DNA of 64,000 bases from Pseudogymnoascus verrucosus. Lineage: Eukaryota. Shown here piece by piece: positions 12,701 to 25,137 of this stretch; positions within the stretch are counted from its first letter, which is position 1, and every line of letters starts with the position of its first letter. The position numbers were made by a program, and so were the translations under genes. Location of the stretch: NCBI GenBank assembly GCA_001662655.1, contig KV460237.1. One strand, given 5' to 3'. Below the pieces are notes generated by a model. It searched no databases, was not told the DNA's origin, and was given only the letters and a program-made list of their open reading frames with translations.

Positions 12701-13957
12701 AATTTCTCTTGCCCTGACCCAAAATGCCTCATCTCGCGCATCCTTGTCAAGTCCGTCGTCCTTCTTCTCACTATCGGTAGAGATCACTCCAGAATTTCCT
12801 GGGAGAGCCCATTTTGGAAGGTCGGCATTCTCAATGTCCACGCCCGGGAGAATATTATCGCGGGGCCACCAAGAGCTGACTCTCAGAAGCTTGATGAAAA
12901 ATCGATAATGCTTAATGAGGACAGCAGCGAATACGTCCATAGTCACATCCAGAACTCTGCCTGCGTCGAGATCGAATGTCCCAATCAGACCCTTTATCCG
13001 CTCAAATGTCTCCTCCACCACTTCGCTAGTTGGAGGTTCGCCGCCGCTGGTGGTGAAGAGCTCTGTGACTAGTTTCGAGTAGCCCTCTGTCTCCTCGCGA
13101 AGAAGGTTATGGTTTGCCTGTCGGTAGAGAAGATTGGTGACCTGGCGAATACCAGCTTTGAAGAATGTGTCTCGTGTGAGCTCGAGGTTCTGTAGGAGCT
13201 GCGTATCGAGCATCTGTCGCATCAGGACTGTCGATATCTCGGTGGCAGCCACAAGCTTGCGTAGTCGAGGCTGGTATGGCTCATTATCTGTAACGATTGA
13301 GAGCGAGTCCAGGAAGAGCGAGGCGCCATCGACCTTGTCGTCTTGCTGGTTCTCGAGCGCAGTGTCGGGTTGGACAATATCTCTCACGCAGCTTCCGGCA
13401 TCCGCAGGGCTCAATCTACCATCAATTCCGGAACGTATAAGCTCTTGGAAGATCGTCGAAAGATCCAAAATATCCAGATCGTCTAGAGACTGTGCACCAG
13501 CGGCGACAATCTCCTGGCGGCCACTGACTGCCCATGCCGCAATGCGCTCGTCGGTGACATGCGAGTAGTCGTATGGGCTCGGATCTTTCATCGGTTCGGG
13601 TGTAGCGGACTTTGCTGGAGTGAATGCGAACGGTGTAGGCGCCAGCGCAGGAGGTTGTTGCTGCTGCTGCGAGGGTGTCGGAGTCGGACGAGGTGGAGGA
13701 GACATTGCGCCTGTCCCACGCCCTGGCGTCGAGGGAGTGTTAGTAAAGCTCTCCGTGGACTCTCTTCTTGACAAATTGCCTCCGCCTCTCCCTCCTCTGC
13801 CCCTTCCCCTCCCTCTCCCTCTTCCACCTTCGCCGCGCATATCTACTTCGCGGCCTGGACCTCCTCCCAGGTTAGTATTTCCAGGTCGATGCGGCGACGG
13901 GCGATTCTCTCCAGAATCAACGGACCCTCTCTCGGACCTCTTCCGCTTCGGTGGCAT
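6752..13957 (-). CDS. THO2: THO complex subunit 2 (Tho2/Rlr1); exons 13957-9359, 9308-9196, 9146-6752; ~2368 aa
   Basis: Motifs LLYRQANHNLLREETEGYSKL, IKGLIGTFDLDAGRVLD, FYVTFWQLSLSDI, EECFLPRLLLSPSDA, EWMHIRNSI. Two short canonical introns keep frame into a long R/D/G-rich tail. Confidence 0.95.
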
Positions 13958-14473
13958 TGGCAGCGCGAGGGCTCCAAGCACTTGCGCACTCACGCACCGC
14001 GAGCACGGAAAAGTCGCGACGAAGCTGTGCACATGGGCGTTGGTATCTCGATGAGGGACGGTCGTAAGGTGAAATGGTCTTCTTTGTTTGCGAAACGGAA
14101 ACAGCTACGAAGAGCTTTGTCGTATCGGTGCTGAAGCTTCAGCAGTGACTGAGTAAGTTGTTGGCGTTGTAATTCCGAGTGAAGATGGAATTCGGGATTG
14201 AATTCAAAGAGAAACGTCTCTTGATTCCTCGTGCCTCGTTCCTCGCGCATGGAGGAGTAACGAGTAGTTTCGCGACTTTCCAATTGTTCCCCGGCGCGCT
14301 AGTCCAAAAGTAGTAATTCCAGAGCTTTGAATTCCAAACGGTCTTTTCAACGGCTTTTCGGACTTTAACGGCAACTTACTGGGGTATTTGATCTTTTTAC
14401 TATATTAACGGTCTCTTCTTACTCGTACTCGTACACTAGTAAACCTAGTAAACTGTTTATCAAACATAAATTA

Positions 14474-14483
14474 GTCACGTGAC
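14474..14483. promoter_or_regulatory. GTCACGTGAC palindrome (Cbf1-type E-box) in THO2/MET2 divergent promoter
   Basis: Exact palindrome about 170 bp upstream of the MET2 ATG; TCACGTG is the Cbf1 element of yeast MET genes. Confidence 0.55.
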
Positions 14484-14554
14484 ACGCCTTCTCGCACGTC
14501 ATTTCTAAAAGTTTTGTATGGCGGTGCGGGAGAGAGGAACGTCCAATTGTAACC

Positions 14555-14562
14555 ATGACTCA
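14555..14562 (+). promoter_or_regulatory. ATGACTCA Gcn4/CpcA (cross-pathway control) element upstream of MET2
   Basis: TGACTCA consensus just upstream of a TATATAA box (~14572) and the ATG at 14654. Confidence 0.6.
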
Positions 14563-14653
14563 GATGGGATATATATAAGTCTTCGCTGTCACTTTAAAAT
14601 CCCCTCAACTCGATGAAAGTCGTTCTTTTCTCCCCTTCATCCTCCTCCTGAAG

Positions 14654-16317
14654 ATGACCGACGCACCGCAGGCCAATGGCTTGACCACTCCCACCGCCAC
14701 CGGCTACCCCGCGCCGAAATTCGGTCAGTTACAAAAAAATCCCCAGAACCCCCCTCGCCCCTCTCTCGTGGAGCCCTCTAGAGAAGCAGTGACTGAATAC
14801 GTCCAAGAAAGAACGCAGACCCAGCCCGAGAACCCCTTCGCGGCCCTGATCCCAGACCAGCACATCGCCATCATCCCCTCCTTCACGCTCGAGTCTGGCG
14901 TCACCCTTCACAATGCCCCCCTGGCATACAGCACCCGCGGCACCCTCTCCCCAGATGGCGACAATGCCATGGTCATCTGCCATGCCCTCACCGGCAGCGC
15001 AGACGTGAGCGACTGGTGGGGTCCTCTCCTCGGTCCAGGCCGCGCATTTGATATCTCCCGCTTCTTCGTTATTTGCATGAACAGCCTCGGCAGTCCATAC
15101 GGAAGTGCCAGCCCCGTCACCAACAAAGACGGCAACCCAGCAAATGAACGATACGGGCCTGAGTTCCCGCTCACCACTATCCGCGACGACGTCAAGTGAG
15201 TCCCCCTTACCCCGCCACTTTGTAGTCTGTCTCTCTGTGTTCCCCCTACTAACCACCCCCCAGCTTCCACAAGCTCCTCCTCGACGACCTCGGCATCAAG
15301 CAAGTCGCCGCCGTAATCGGCGGCTCCATGGGCGGCATGCTCGTCCTCGAATGGGCCTACTTCGGCTCCAACTACGTCCGCTGCATCGTCCCCATCGCCA
15401 CCTCCAGCCGCCACAGCGCCTGGGGTATCAGCTGGGGCGAAGCCCAACGCCAAAGCATCTACGCCGACCCCAAATACGACGACGGGTACTACCCCTTCGC
15501 GGACCCCCCCACCGCCGGCCTCGGCGCCGCCCGCATGTCCGCCCTCCTCACCTACCGCTCCCGCAACTCCTTCGAGTCGCGCTTCGGCCGCAACACCCCC
15601 GACCCATCCCGGCAGCAGACCATCAACGATTCGCAGACCGCACCCGCCACCTCAGAGGGACACTGGGCAATCCACAACGACGGACACAAGACCACGCGCC
15701 CCCCGTCCTCGCGCTCCCGCTCCCACTCCGCCCTCACCACCCCCGCCGAGAGCCCCAAACAACCCGAGCCCCAACACACAGACCCGCAATTCCACGGCGC
15801 CTCGTCCACCACCACCCCCTCCCCTCCCCCGGCGCGCCAATCGACCTCGCGGCAGTCAACTTCCTACTACTACTCCGCGCAATCGTACCTCCGCTACCAG
15901 GGCGCCAAATTCGTCGCCCGCTTCGATCCAAACTGCTACATCGCCATCACGCGCAAGCTAGACACGCACGACGTCTCGCGCTCTCGCTCCCCCTCCATCA
16001 CCGCCGCCTTGGCACAAATCACACAGCCCTGTCTCGTCCTCGGGATCGAATCCGACGGCCTCTTCACCTTCGCCGAGCAAGAGGAGTTGGCGTCCCATAT
16101 CCCCAATGCGAGGTTGAGGAGGATTGATAGTCCGGAGGGGCATGATGCGTTTTTGTTGCAGTTTGAGCAGGTGAATGAACATATTTTGGGGTTTTTGAAT
16201 GAGGCGCTTCCTGATATTATGGGGAGGGAGGGGAGTGTGGCGGTGGGTGAGGTGGGGGGGGTGACGAGGAGTAGCACGTTTGGGGAGGCGGAGGTGGAGG
16301 ATATTACGGCTTGGTAG
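14654..16317 (+). CDS. MET2: Homoserine O-acetyltransferase; intron 15196-15263 and probable in-frame intron 14724-14807
   Basis: Motifs ICHALTGSADV.DWWGPL, FPLTTIRDDV, nucleophile GGSMGG, GIESDGLF, SPEGHDAFLL. Confidence 0.95.
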
Positions 16318-16828
16318 AGCTGTGTATGAGGCACTGCGCTTGGTATGGGTGTGCATGGTGGTGTACATATCCCGAGCTCCTGGGCTCCCGAGTTTTCTCT
16401 CGCGGACCTAGAGAGAGGTAGATATAAAAATCATGATAGAACAGAACATAAAATAAGTATTCAAAATTGTCCAAAATTTGTTACAGAGAATTCTCCCGTC
16501 TCTTTTCCCTTTTCCTCGCCCCGCCTGGGGGGTTGAAACTCCCCATCTAACGTGCCACCCCAGCCCGTTCCTAGGGGGGAATAATGTACTATAAATATAT
16601 ATACCGAAGAAGATTGTCCCTTTGAGCGCCGCTTTGCTCCTTTCCTTCCGTGTCAATCACTATTTTCGCGTTGAGGTCGTAGCCCCGGATATCATCGCTG
16701 CACCAACACATCACTCTGTACTCCTATCAATACGCACCCACAGACCCAAGCTCCCTGTCAATCACTCCGAACCTTCCCATCCCTTCTTCGTCCCTGAACA
16801 CCTCGCTGAACACACACATACGCGCCAC

Positions 16829-18630
16829 CTACCGCGAATATACCCTCCCCTCCTCACCCCCATACGCCTCCCCCAGCGCCCCAACCCACGCCACACTCGC
16901 CCCCCTCAACGCCTCAAAATCTTTCATATCAACCTCCTCCCCCTCCTCCCCCTCCTCCCCCTTCACCTCACCACTCCCCCTCCTCAGCCCCTCCTGCACC
17001 CCCACCCCCTCCCCAGCATCCAACCCCGCACTCGGACTATCCCCCCCCATCGCCTCCCCCGCCTTCTCCCCAAGCAACGCCCTATACCGACTCCGTCCCC
17101 CCATAGCGCGATCCATAACCCTCATCATCTCCCTCATACTATCCCTCGGCCCGCACTGCATTGCCTCCGCGCGCGGCGGGTGGAGGAGGAGCACATCCGC
17201 TAGCGAACAGCCGATGTCGAAGATCTTCTCCAGGATGCCGGGGCCGTTGGCGTCGAAGGCGGTGGGGGTGAGGGGCGCGGCGACGGCGGCGAGGGAGGCG
17301 GAGAGGGTGATGGGGTAGCGGAAGGAGAGGGAGGGCGGGGTGGTGGGGGAGGAGGAGAGGAGACCTTTCGCGACGCAGAGTTGCCAGGTCATTGTTGAGA
17401 GCCACTAGGGTTATAAAGTTAGCTTGGTATATGAGAGAAAAGTGGTGTGAGACATACGAGGCGCGTGATGGAGAGATCAGCCTTCTGGATCTCAGTCCTC
17501 TGTGAGCCCTCAGGCGGTGCGGACTGGGCAAGCGTATCCTGCAGCTCCGCCAGCTGCGCCGCCGAGATGGACGCCGACGACGACGAGAACAGCGGGGAAT
17601 GCGACGAGCTGTTCCATGTAGACACGAAGTCGCTATTGAAATTCCTGAACAGCGCGAGGAGGTCCAGAAACCCCGATATGATCTCCGCATCCGGATCGTC
17701 GTCAACCGTCGTAGCGGTAGGTAGTTCGATCGTGGCATTCAGACTCAGTGGCCGATGCCGTTGCAGTGCATATGCGCGCTCCGTGATGAAGAGGAGCCAG
17801 AATGTGCGGCGGCTGAAGAGGGCCTCTCGAGCCGGCATGCCAACGTATGTAGCCTCCTCATGCAGCCTCAGCGCCTCCATCAGCGTGATCGCTTCACGCA
17901 GATGGAACCAAGCCGAGTTATGCTTATCGCAATCGAAGAGCCCGGCGAAGATGAAGAAGCTAGCCTGCGCGTCTTCAAGGGTGGGCGTCTCAACGTAATC
18001 GTGCATAGCGCGCGCGCGCCGCACTTCGTTGATGAAGTAAGCGGTAGTGAGGGGCGTGGCGCCGAGGGAGAGAGAGGGATCCGCTTGTTGATCATGGTTT
18101 ACCTGTGTGCGCGCTGCAGCGCAAAGAGAGGCAACGAGGGCGTATTTGGAGGGGCACGTGCGGAAGTGGGGAAGGGTGTGGGCGTAGAAGTCGCCTTTGT
18201 GGAGGATGGGGGTGAGGGGGTACTTGTGCTTGAAGAAGCTCTTGGCGAACTGCTCGACAAGAGCCGTGGTGAGGAGCGGGGAGGGCTCGAAGCTGACGCC
18301 GTATTCGTTGGATGTCCTGCCGCTGCTGGGGGGAGAGGAGATGCTGGAGGAGGAGCGGGGCGGTATATGTTGCGTCGGTGACACAGCGGGGGGTATTCCG
18401 TTCCGTTGCTGCTCCATTTGCATCTTCAGAATGGCCCTTGGGGTGCGTTTCGAGGGTCCTTTCGGCCCTTTCTTTTTCGGCACGGTGAGATATGTGCACT
18501 GGAGCTCGGCGACGGCGCAGTGACTGCAAGGACACGTTCCGTCGCACTTAATCTTCCTAGCGTGGCAGCAGTCACATGCTTGCTTGACCTTTGGAGTGCG
18601 GTGCACACGTTGAAAGGTTGTCGTCGACAT
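16829..18630 (-). CDS. Zn2Cys6 transcription factor of the AmyR/MalR/InuR/Suc1 (sugar-utilisation) type; intron 17457-17405
   Basis: VKQACDCCHARKIKCDGTCPCSHCAVAELQCTY, KKKGPKG, AWFHLREAITL, RRTFWLLFITERAYALQRHRP. An alternative in-frame ATG lies at 18732. Confidence 0.88.
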
Positions 18631-21568
18631 GGTGGCGGTGGTAGTCGTTGTTGTTATAGTCGGGATCGGGTGGGTGTTACCATTATCAGCACCGAGCACG
18701 CGGTGAGTTGCCGGCGCGCTCCGCCGCACCATAGAGTATGCTCCTGCCGTTTTAGAGCCGTCGCACTGTGCGATATGCTATTGCTGTTTTAAAGCCGTCG
18801 ATGCAGAGAGTTCTCTGCCATTACCTAGGCGCGCGGTAGTCGTATCCCGTATGGGTCTCTGTGGTGACAACGGCGGCAGATGAGAGTCACAGATAAGCCA
18901 GATGAGGACAGAAGAGCTAGTTTCGATATAGAAGCGGCCTAGATCACAGATGCTGCTGACTTCTCTTCGGAGAGTGGGGAATGGAGTATAAAATTTTGAC
19001 AGAAAGTGGATTCGGTAGTAAGACGGGAGTGGGAGACGTTAAGAAGGAAAGGGAAAGGGCTGAAGGAAGGACGAGGCGAGGACTGGACTGGATATTGGAG
19101 GTCGAAGAAGAGAAGGACATGGACTGGACGAGGCGCATTCGGCGGAGTGGATCAGTAGGATTCTTGAAAGGAAAGGGTCCGGGCGGCCGCTCTATGTTGC
19201 GCTTTTCCCCAGATACGGAACGGGACCTCTCCCCGCCATTCCATGTGGCTGGATGAATGATGATCCGAGACACGTGATTGGCCTTAGAAGCCCCTTATAG
19301 CTTCTAGAAGGGTGACAAGGGTGTGTCGTGGCAGGAGAAAGAGGCTTAGCGCGGTGGCAGATGGGGACCTGTCAGCGCTGAATAAGGATGGGGGCGGAAG
19401 GCGGTGGGGGGCGGAGGAGGGGGCGGAGGCAGAGGGAGCAGCGGGATTGGAGGGAGGAGGAGGAGCGGGAATAGAGGCGGAGAAAGTGAGATGGGCACAC
19501 AAAAGAAGCGGGCGGACAGAGCGGACATGAGGATATATACGATGCAGCGGAAGAGCTTGGCGTCTTGGACTTCTCGATTCCGCCCATCGTTCCGCCATCC
19601 CTCCCCGCTGTAGATTCTTGGTCTTGGCTTCGTGCTCCTTCTCCTGCTTGTCCGAAAGGGGAACGGAGTCAATACCCAGGTCTGCCTCCGTTAACAGACG
19701 CCAACGCCAACAGAGGGGTTCGTCCGAAGATTAGCCAGGGGTGAGGGCGAGAACAACAGCTGCTACTTTAGACTCTCTACCCGGGGTCCGGAGTTAGTGT
19801 ATGTATATGTATGAGACATATATGATTTGTATATTACCCTACGGTTATATATATGACTATGCCGTAAGAATATATGATTATGCGACGAGGAGGAACGAGT
19901 AGGGATGAGCATATCGGCCCTGTTTTGACCTTATATCGCTCTACCTGGCCTTATATGGCGGATAATGTCGATAATAGCCGCGTGCCACATAGAGTGTTTA
20001 TCCTACGGAGTACGTGGCTAAGTAGTCAAGCAACACCTGTCAGAGTGTAGTAAGAACTGTACTTGTCCTGTGCTCGTACTTTACTCGGACTTGCCCTGGA
20101 CTGGACTCTCCCTTGGACGAGAGAGAGAGAGGAGTTTTTCGTTCCCCAAGCCACTAGTCGACAGAGACGGATAAGTGTCATCCTTCGTTACATCGTGCCG
20201 AATCTATCAACGCCACGAATTCCCACAACCATTCCCCGGGGCAGCCTGCATCACACGGCATCCGCCGGCGCCGACGATCATCCAGCCTGCATATCCATGA
20301 ACTATGCCACGAGCTGGGCCTAGAAACTGACTGGATCCGCTGATCCGAGAGAGATTTGGTTGGGAGATGAGGACGATGGACAAAACGTGCACGAAAACGT
20401 GGATGGGAGCGACGATATGAATACCGCTTTACCTACCTACCACAGCACGGAGAACTCAACACTCACTTTGTGGAGATATTTTGATCGTCGAGTAGCTCCT
20501 TCCTGGGTCCACGTCGTCCGTCTCTTATCCCCCCCACGTGCTTATGTCATCATCGACGTCCTAGCTAGAGAGTTGGCTAGAGTATTTGGAGCACTCTACT
20601 CCTTTCCCTCCGTTGCCTAAACAGGAACAGCGGAGGAATGCCATGCGTTGGCATTTGATGGCGGCATTCAAACTGGCACCGACGAAAACATTCAAGAGCC
20701 AGCAATATGAGCAATAAGAGCCATAAGAACCACAAATTCCGTATAAAATCCCAAGACGGAGAAAAATACTCCCGTTATCGATGACATACCATCTCAGAAC
20801 GATGAACTAGGTCGTTCGTCCCGCCGCCAAAACGGCCGAACATGGTTACCAATTGCTTTGGCCGCGCCTACGAAGGTAACTACTATATAAATCTCTTTAC
20901 ACCCCTCCCCAGAATCCCGGGAGCCTTATCAAAAGGTCTAGGATTACTCTCGAGGTTCGTTTATCTGCCATTATTTCCTTCCTCGTCGTCTTCACCCGGC
21001 CCTGAACTTCCGACTCTCCGCCCACTTGTCTCCTCCTCCCTCGGCTGTTCTACTCGGATGAATACATGATACCCACTTCCCGCCGCACAACAACGTTCGT
21101 TGAAATCATCTGTGGGAAGAACAAGGCGGCCAATTATTGCCTAGCTGCTGCTTGTCTTCCACAGATCTTCCATGCAGATGCAGCTCACCCCACGTCTCTT
21201 CCGTCGCCACTCATCTGTCATTTAGATGTCGGTAGGTAGGTAGGTGGGTCGCTACTCTCGCTTCAGTACGAGCACTCTCATATCCTGCCATATCCTGCCA
21301 TCACCGCAGATATCACGGGCTCAGAACTGCCCTTCATCCATATTCCTCGTCCCTGCTCCTTTTCTCTTTCCGTCGAGCCTCAACGCCGCCAACCCTAACT
21401 TAATCACCACGGCCCGCTCTCATCTGCCGCATTCAACCACGCGGTGCGCCACTTATAAGAAACCTACCCACCTCCCCGAGCAACCAATCCTCACCCACCG
21501 CCCCCTCTGTACCTTCATCCTACTCACGCCCTGAGTCCTCGACGCGCACGAGGCGCGCGAGAGCAGAT

Positions 21569-23389
21569 ATGGGCTCGGAAATGGACTCTGAAACGGTCTC
21601 CTTCAACACTTACCGCCCCTCCTACCACTTCATCGCGCCTCACTCGTGGATGAACGACCCGTGCGGCGCCGCCTACATCCCAGAGATCAAAGAGTACATC
21701 CTGTGCTACCAATGGCACCCAGGGACCGTCGAGCCCGGCAACTCCGCCTGGGGTATGGCCCGCTCTAAAGACCTCATCACGTGGGTCGACTGCTTCCCCC
21801 CGCTGCGCAACGGTCCCCCCGGCTCGTACGACCCGCACGGTGTCTTCTCAGGCTCGCTCGTCTCGCGCGTCGTCAACAACAGGCGCGTGGTCTACCTCTT
21901 CTACACCTCCATCTCAGCCCTACCCATACACTGGTCCAAGCCGTACATTGCCGGCTGCGAGAGCCAGTCCCTCGCCTGTTCCACCGACTTTGGTCACAGT
22001 TGGCACCGCTACCAGGAGAACCCTGTGCTCTCTGAACCCCGCCATGGCGCTTCTACTACCGGCTGGCGGGACCCTTTTGTCAGCACCTGGCCCTCGCTAT
22101 CGGCGCTGCGTGACGTCCATCCCAGCACGAACTACATGCTCGTGTCGTCTGGCGAGCGGGGCAACGGCCCTGAGCTCATCCTCTACGAGTCTGACGACCT
22201 GCTAAGCTGGACCGAGTTGTGTGTGCTCTTCGATGCTCCATCGGAAACACCCATATCTCACCACGCCAGCTCCCTACACATCGGTAAGAACTTCGAGTGC
22301 GGCTCCTTCTTCACCCTAAACGGCAAGGAATACATCATCACAGCCGTTGAAGAAAACTCCTCGCGCTACGTCCTCTGGATGTGCGGCGCTCTCTCCCTAA
22401 CACCCAACGGCAAACCCACATTCACCCCCCTCTCCCACGGCGCCGTCGACCACGGCATCTACTACGGCCCCCACGTCTTCCGCGGCGCCAAGAACGAAGT
22501 CATGCTCTCCGGCTGGGCAGACGAAGACCTCGACGCCTCACCCGCCCTCAAAATCACCCAAGGCTGGTCAGGCTGCCTCACACTCCCACGCGAACTCTTC
22601 ACCCTAACGCGGCCCCTCGTTCCCGCCGACCCCGAAGCAGTCGATGCTCATCTCTGGACCCGCGACGAGGAACTAGGCATAATGACAACTCTCGGCGTGC
22701 GACCAGCTCGCCAGCTCCGGGGGCTCAGATCAGGTTCGATGATCTACTCTCTCGAAGCCCTGCGCCATCTCCGCTCCAAGGCGTACGAAATCGAAGCACG
22801 CTTCCGTGGTCTAGCAGGGAATGAGTTGCTAACTTTCAATGTCCGCCAATCACCCAACGATGAGGAGGTAACACGCATCATCTTCTCCCTCGCCACCCAC
22901 ACCGTCTCCGTCGACCGCTCCAAATCCTCCCTCCTCCACGGCCGTCTCACACCGGATTCAGGACCATTCAAACTACAAGACGGCGAGGACCTACACGTCA
23001 GGGTATTCGTGGATAATTCAATCGTAGAAGTCTACGCCAACGGCCGCTTCGCCCTCTCCACCCGCGTCTACCCCTCCCGCACCGACGCTCTAGGCGCATC
23101 ATGCGCCTTCGAGGGTCTAGATACCCAGAGTGCGGGGGTGTGGATGCAAGTCTGGGAGGGCCTTGTCGGGGCATGGCCCGAGAGGGGGAGGGAGGTGGTG
23201 GGGCTGGATGCGAGGATTGGGGAGATGGAGATTGTGGATGAGGAGTATGAGGAGTATGAGGATGGGTGGAGTGAGGGGGAGGAGGATGCGGAGTTTGAGG
23301 TTTATGGGGCGTTTGATAGGGGGAAGGAGATGGGAGGGGTGGGTGTGGGAGTGGGGGTGGGGGTTGAGGCTAGGGCGGTGGTTGCGTAG
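21569..23389 (+). CDS. GH32 beta-fructofuranosidase/invertase, probably intracellular (SucB-like)
   Basis: Catalytic motifs WMNDPC, VFSGS, WRDP, FEC; C-terminal VFVDNSIVEVYAN. No hydrophobic signal peptide and no intron. Confidence 0.93.
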   Translation: MGSEMDSETVSFNTYRPSYHFIAPHSWMNDPCGAAYIPEIKEYILCYQWHPGTVEPGNSAWGMARSKDLITWVDCFPPLRNGPPGSYDPHGVFSGSLVSRVVNNRRVVYLFYTSISALPIHWSKPYIAGCESQSLACSTDFGHSWHRYQENPVLSEPRHGASTTGWRDPFVSTWPSLSALRDVHPSTNYMLVSSGERGNGPELILYESDDLLSWTELCVLFDAPSETPISHHASSLHIGKNFECGSFFTLNGKEYIITAVEENSSRYVLWMCGALSLTPNGKPTFTPLSHGAVDHGIYYGPHVFRGAKNEVMLSGWADEDLDASPALKITQGWSGCLTLPRELFTLTRPLVPADPEAVDAHLWTRDEELGIMTTLGVRPARQLRGLRSGSMIYSLEALRHLRSKAYEIEARFRGLAGNELLTFNVRQSPNDEEVTRIIFSLATHTVSVDRSKSSLLHGRLTPDSGPFKLQDGEDLHVRVFVDNSIVEVYANGRFALSTRVYPSRTDALGASCAFEGLDTQSAGVWMQVWEGLVGAWPERGREVVGLDARIGEMEIVDEEYEEYEDGWSEGEEDAEFEVYGAFDRGKEMGGVGVGVGVGVEARAVVA

Positions 23390-23783
23390 GGTGGGAAGGG
23401 GGTAGGGTGAATATCCCTCTCTCGTATCCTCTTTTCCCATGTCTTCCTGATACCTCTTGCACACATGATTTTCCTGTCGGGTCATAGAGTAAAGAATAAA
23501 CCGTCCGAGATTGGAGACACGGGCAGGGCACGAACGACTTGGCCACATTCCTTTATATATATTTTTTTGGTTTGGTTTGGTCGTTTCGGTCTTTTTCCCT
23601 TTTGGGGATGACTTTCATTTAATTTGCATGCTAAGAGGGAGACTGGAGGGTATATATAGATGTGGGGGGGTTACGAATATAACGACTTTCTATTTAATAA
23701 TGTTTTTTTAAAATACTGGTTTTGCTAGATAAATTCACCAAGCTGACCCCACAAACCTTCCCAATTCATCTTTCACTATCAAA

Positions 23784-23866
23784 CAGTGTTGCTTGAGTAG
23801 TACTCGCCGTGAGCAGTACTCGGGTGATATTTTCGAGTACTCGGGGACTCGCCGAGTACTGTTGGT
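23784..23866. mobile_element. Possible DNA-transposon (hAT/MITE-like) terminal remnant
   Basis: Begins CAGTGTT, followed by four AGTACT palindromes within ~65 bp, resembling subterminal repeats. No partner end was found. Confidence 0.4.
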
Positions 23867-24799
23867 GACATTTTAGATACGGAACGGGGCTGTTAGAATG
23901 GATATCAGTAGAAGAAGTCACGGTCAAGGCTTGGACTCGGATAAGAGCTGAATTACAGAATATGAAATGATTCTATAGTTAGAAGCTGGGTGTGTGATCT
24001 TCTGCAAACCCCTTAACGACACATGACGTTCAGGTTCAAATCTGGGACATCGGCATAGCTGGGCACGTCATCCAGACTGTACAGGAGCGGCCAATAGCTG
24101 CTAAACTGGCCAAATATGCTGGCTGAATTTACAGTTTCGATGACCTCCAACTCGGTGAGAATAGACTTGATAAACGACCGCAACGACTGCAACGACCGGA
24201 AAGCGTGGACGCACAAGAACAGAGAGGCCCTGTCCCTTACGACCTTTTGATTGCAAGGGCAGTACAGATGGATGCGTATGCTTCGGTTCTAGCTTCATCT
24301 GTCTGTATGGGCAGAGGGATCAGGTGGAAAGATCGTTACATCGCGTATCAATTGACACATGAACCAAGCTTTTAGGCTCCTTATAACCTTGATTTCGCTC
24401 CTCCTGCTACCCATGAGAGGCGACTGTAAACCGCCTGCCACACCCATCTTACAAGATCCGAAGCACACCGCGATCCCACCTGATTAGGAGCACATTCACC
24501 CGACGATATATATGATCTATCTTGTGGACCGCGACAACCACCTTAATATCCCCAAACCTCAAGTATCGAGCCACAACGCAACATCCACCATAGCAACATC
24601 CACCATAGCACCCTCAATATCCTCAAGCCTCCAGCCGCAATGCAGCACCCACCCCGATACACCTCGCCGCCACTCCCAAACGCCATCGGCGGCCCGAATC
24701 CTCCACAAGGCCCTTTTTTTGGGGTGGATCTGGCAATCTTCCCTCCTGTGGAGCAGGCTTGAAACGGGCTGTGTTGATTTGCGCAACGAACCTGCGAGA

Positions 24800-24890
24800 G
24801 GGATACCGACAGCAAGAACGTCGACGGCAAGAGCGACCGATAGCAAGAACAGCAGTAACGACAGCAGTAACGACAGCAAGGCCGGCGGCG
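24800..24890. repeat. Degenerate GCAAGAAC/AACGACAG short-unit tract (copy 1)
   Basis: Tandem ACAGCAGTAACG units and repeated GCAAG; similar to tracts near 50040 and 51100. Confidence 0.5.
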
Positions 24891-25137
24891 TTCAGCGCTG
24901 TTGGATTAAAGATACCCCTCGGGATTGATCAGGATTTGTGGCTAAAGTTAATAGCGTGTAAGACCTCAATACGGATGGAGCGTGGTAAATTGATCGTCGC
25001 ATATATGAATGCCGATTTAGGTATCTATCACACCCGAGATTTCCAAACAGCCACAGTCCCCCGTGTTGATAAACATATTTCCCTCATAACTCCATAATTC
25101 ACCTCTACCCCCCAAACTCACTCACCCGCCCACCAAC

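Noticed and set aside
151..23548. Numerous antisense or alternate-frame ORFs over CSC1, THO2, MET2, the TF and invertase
   Set aside because: Shadow ORFs of GC-rich coding sequence with no family motifs.
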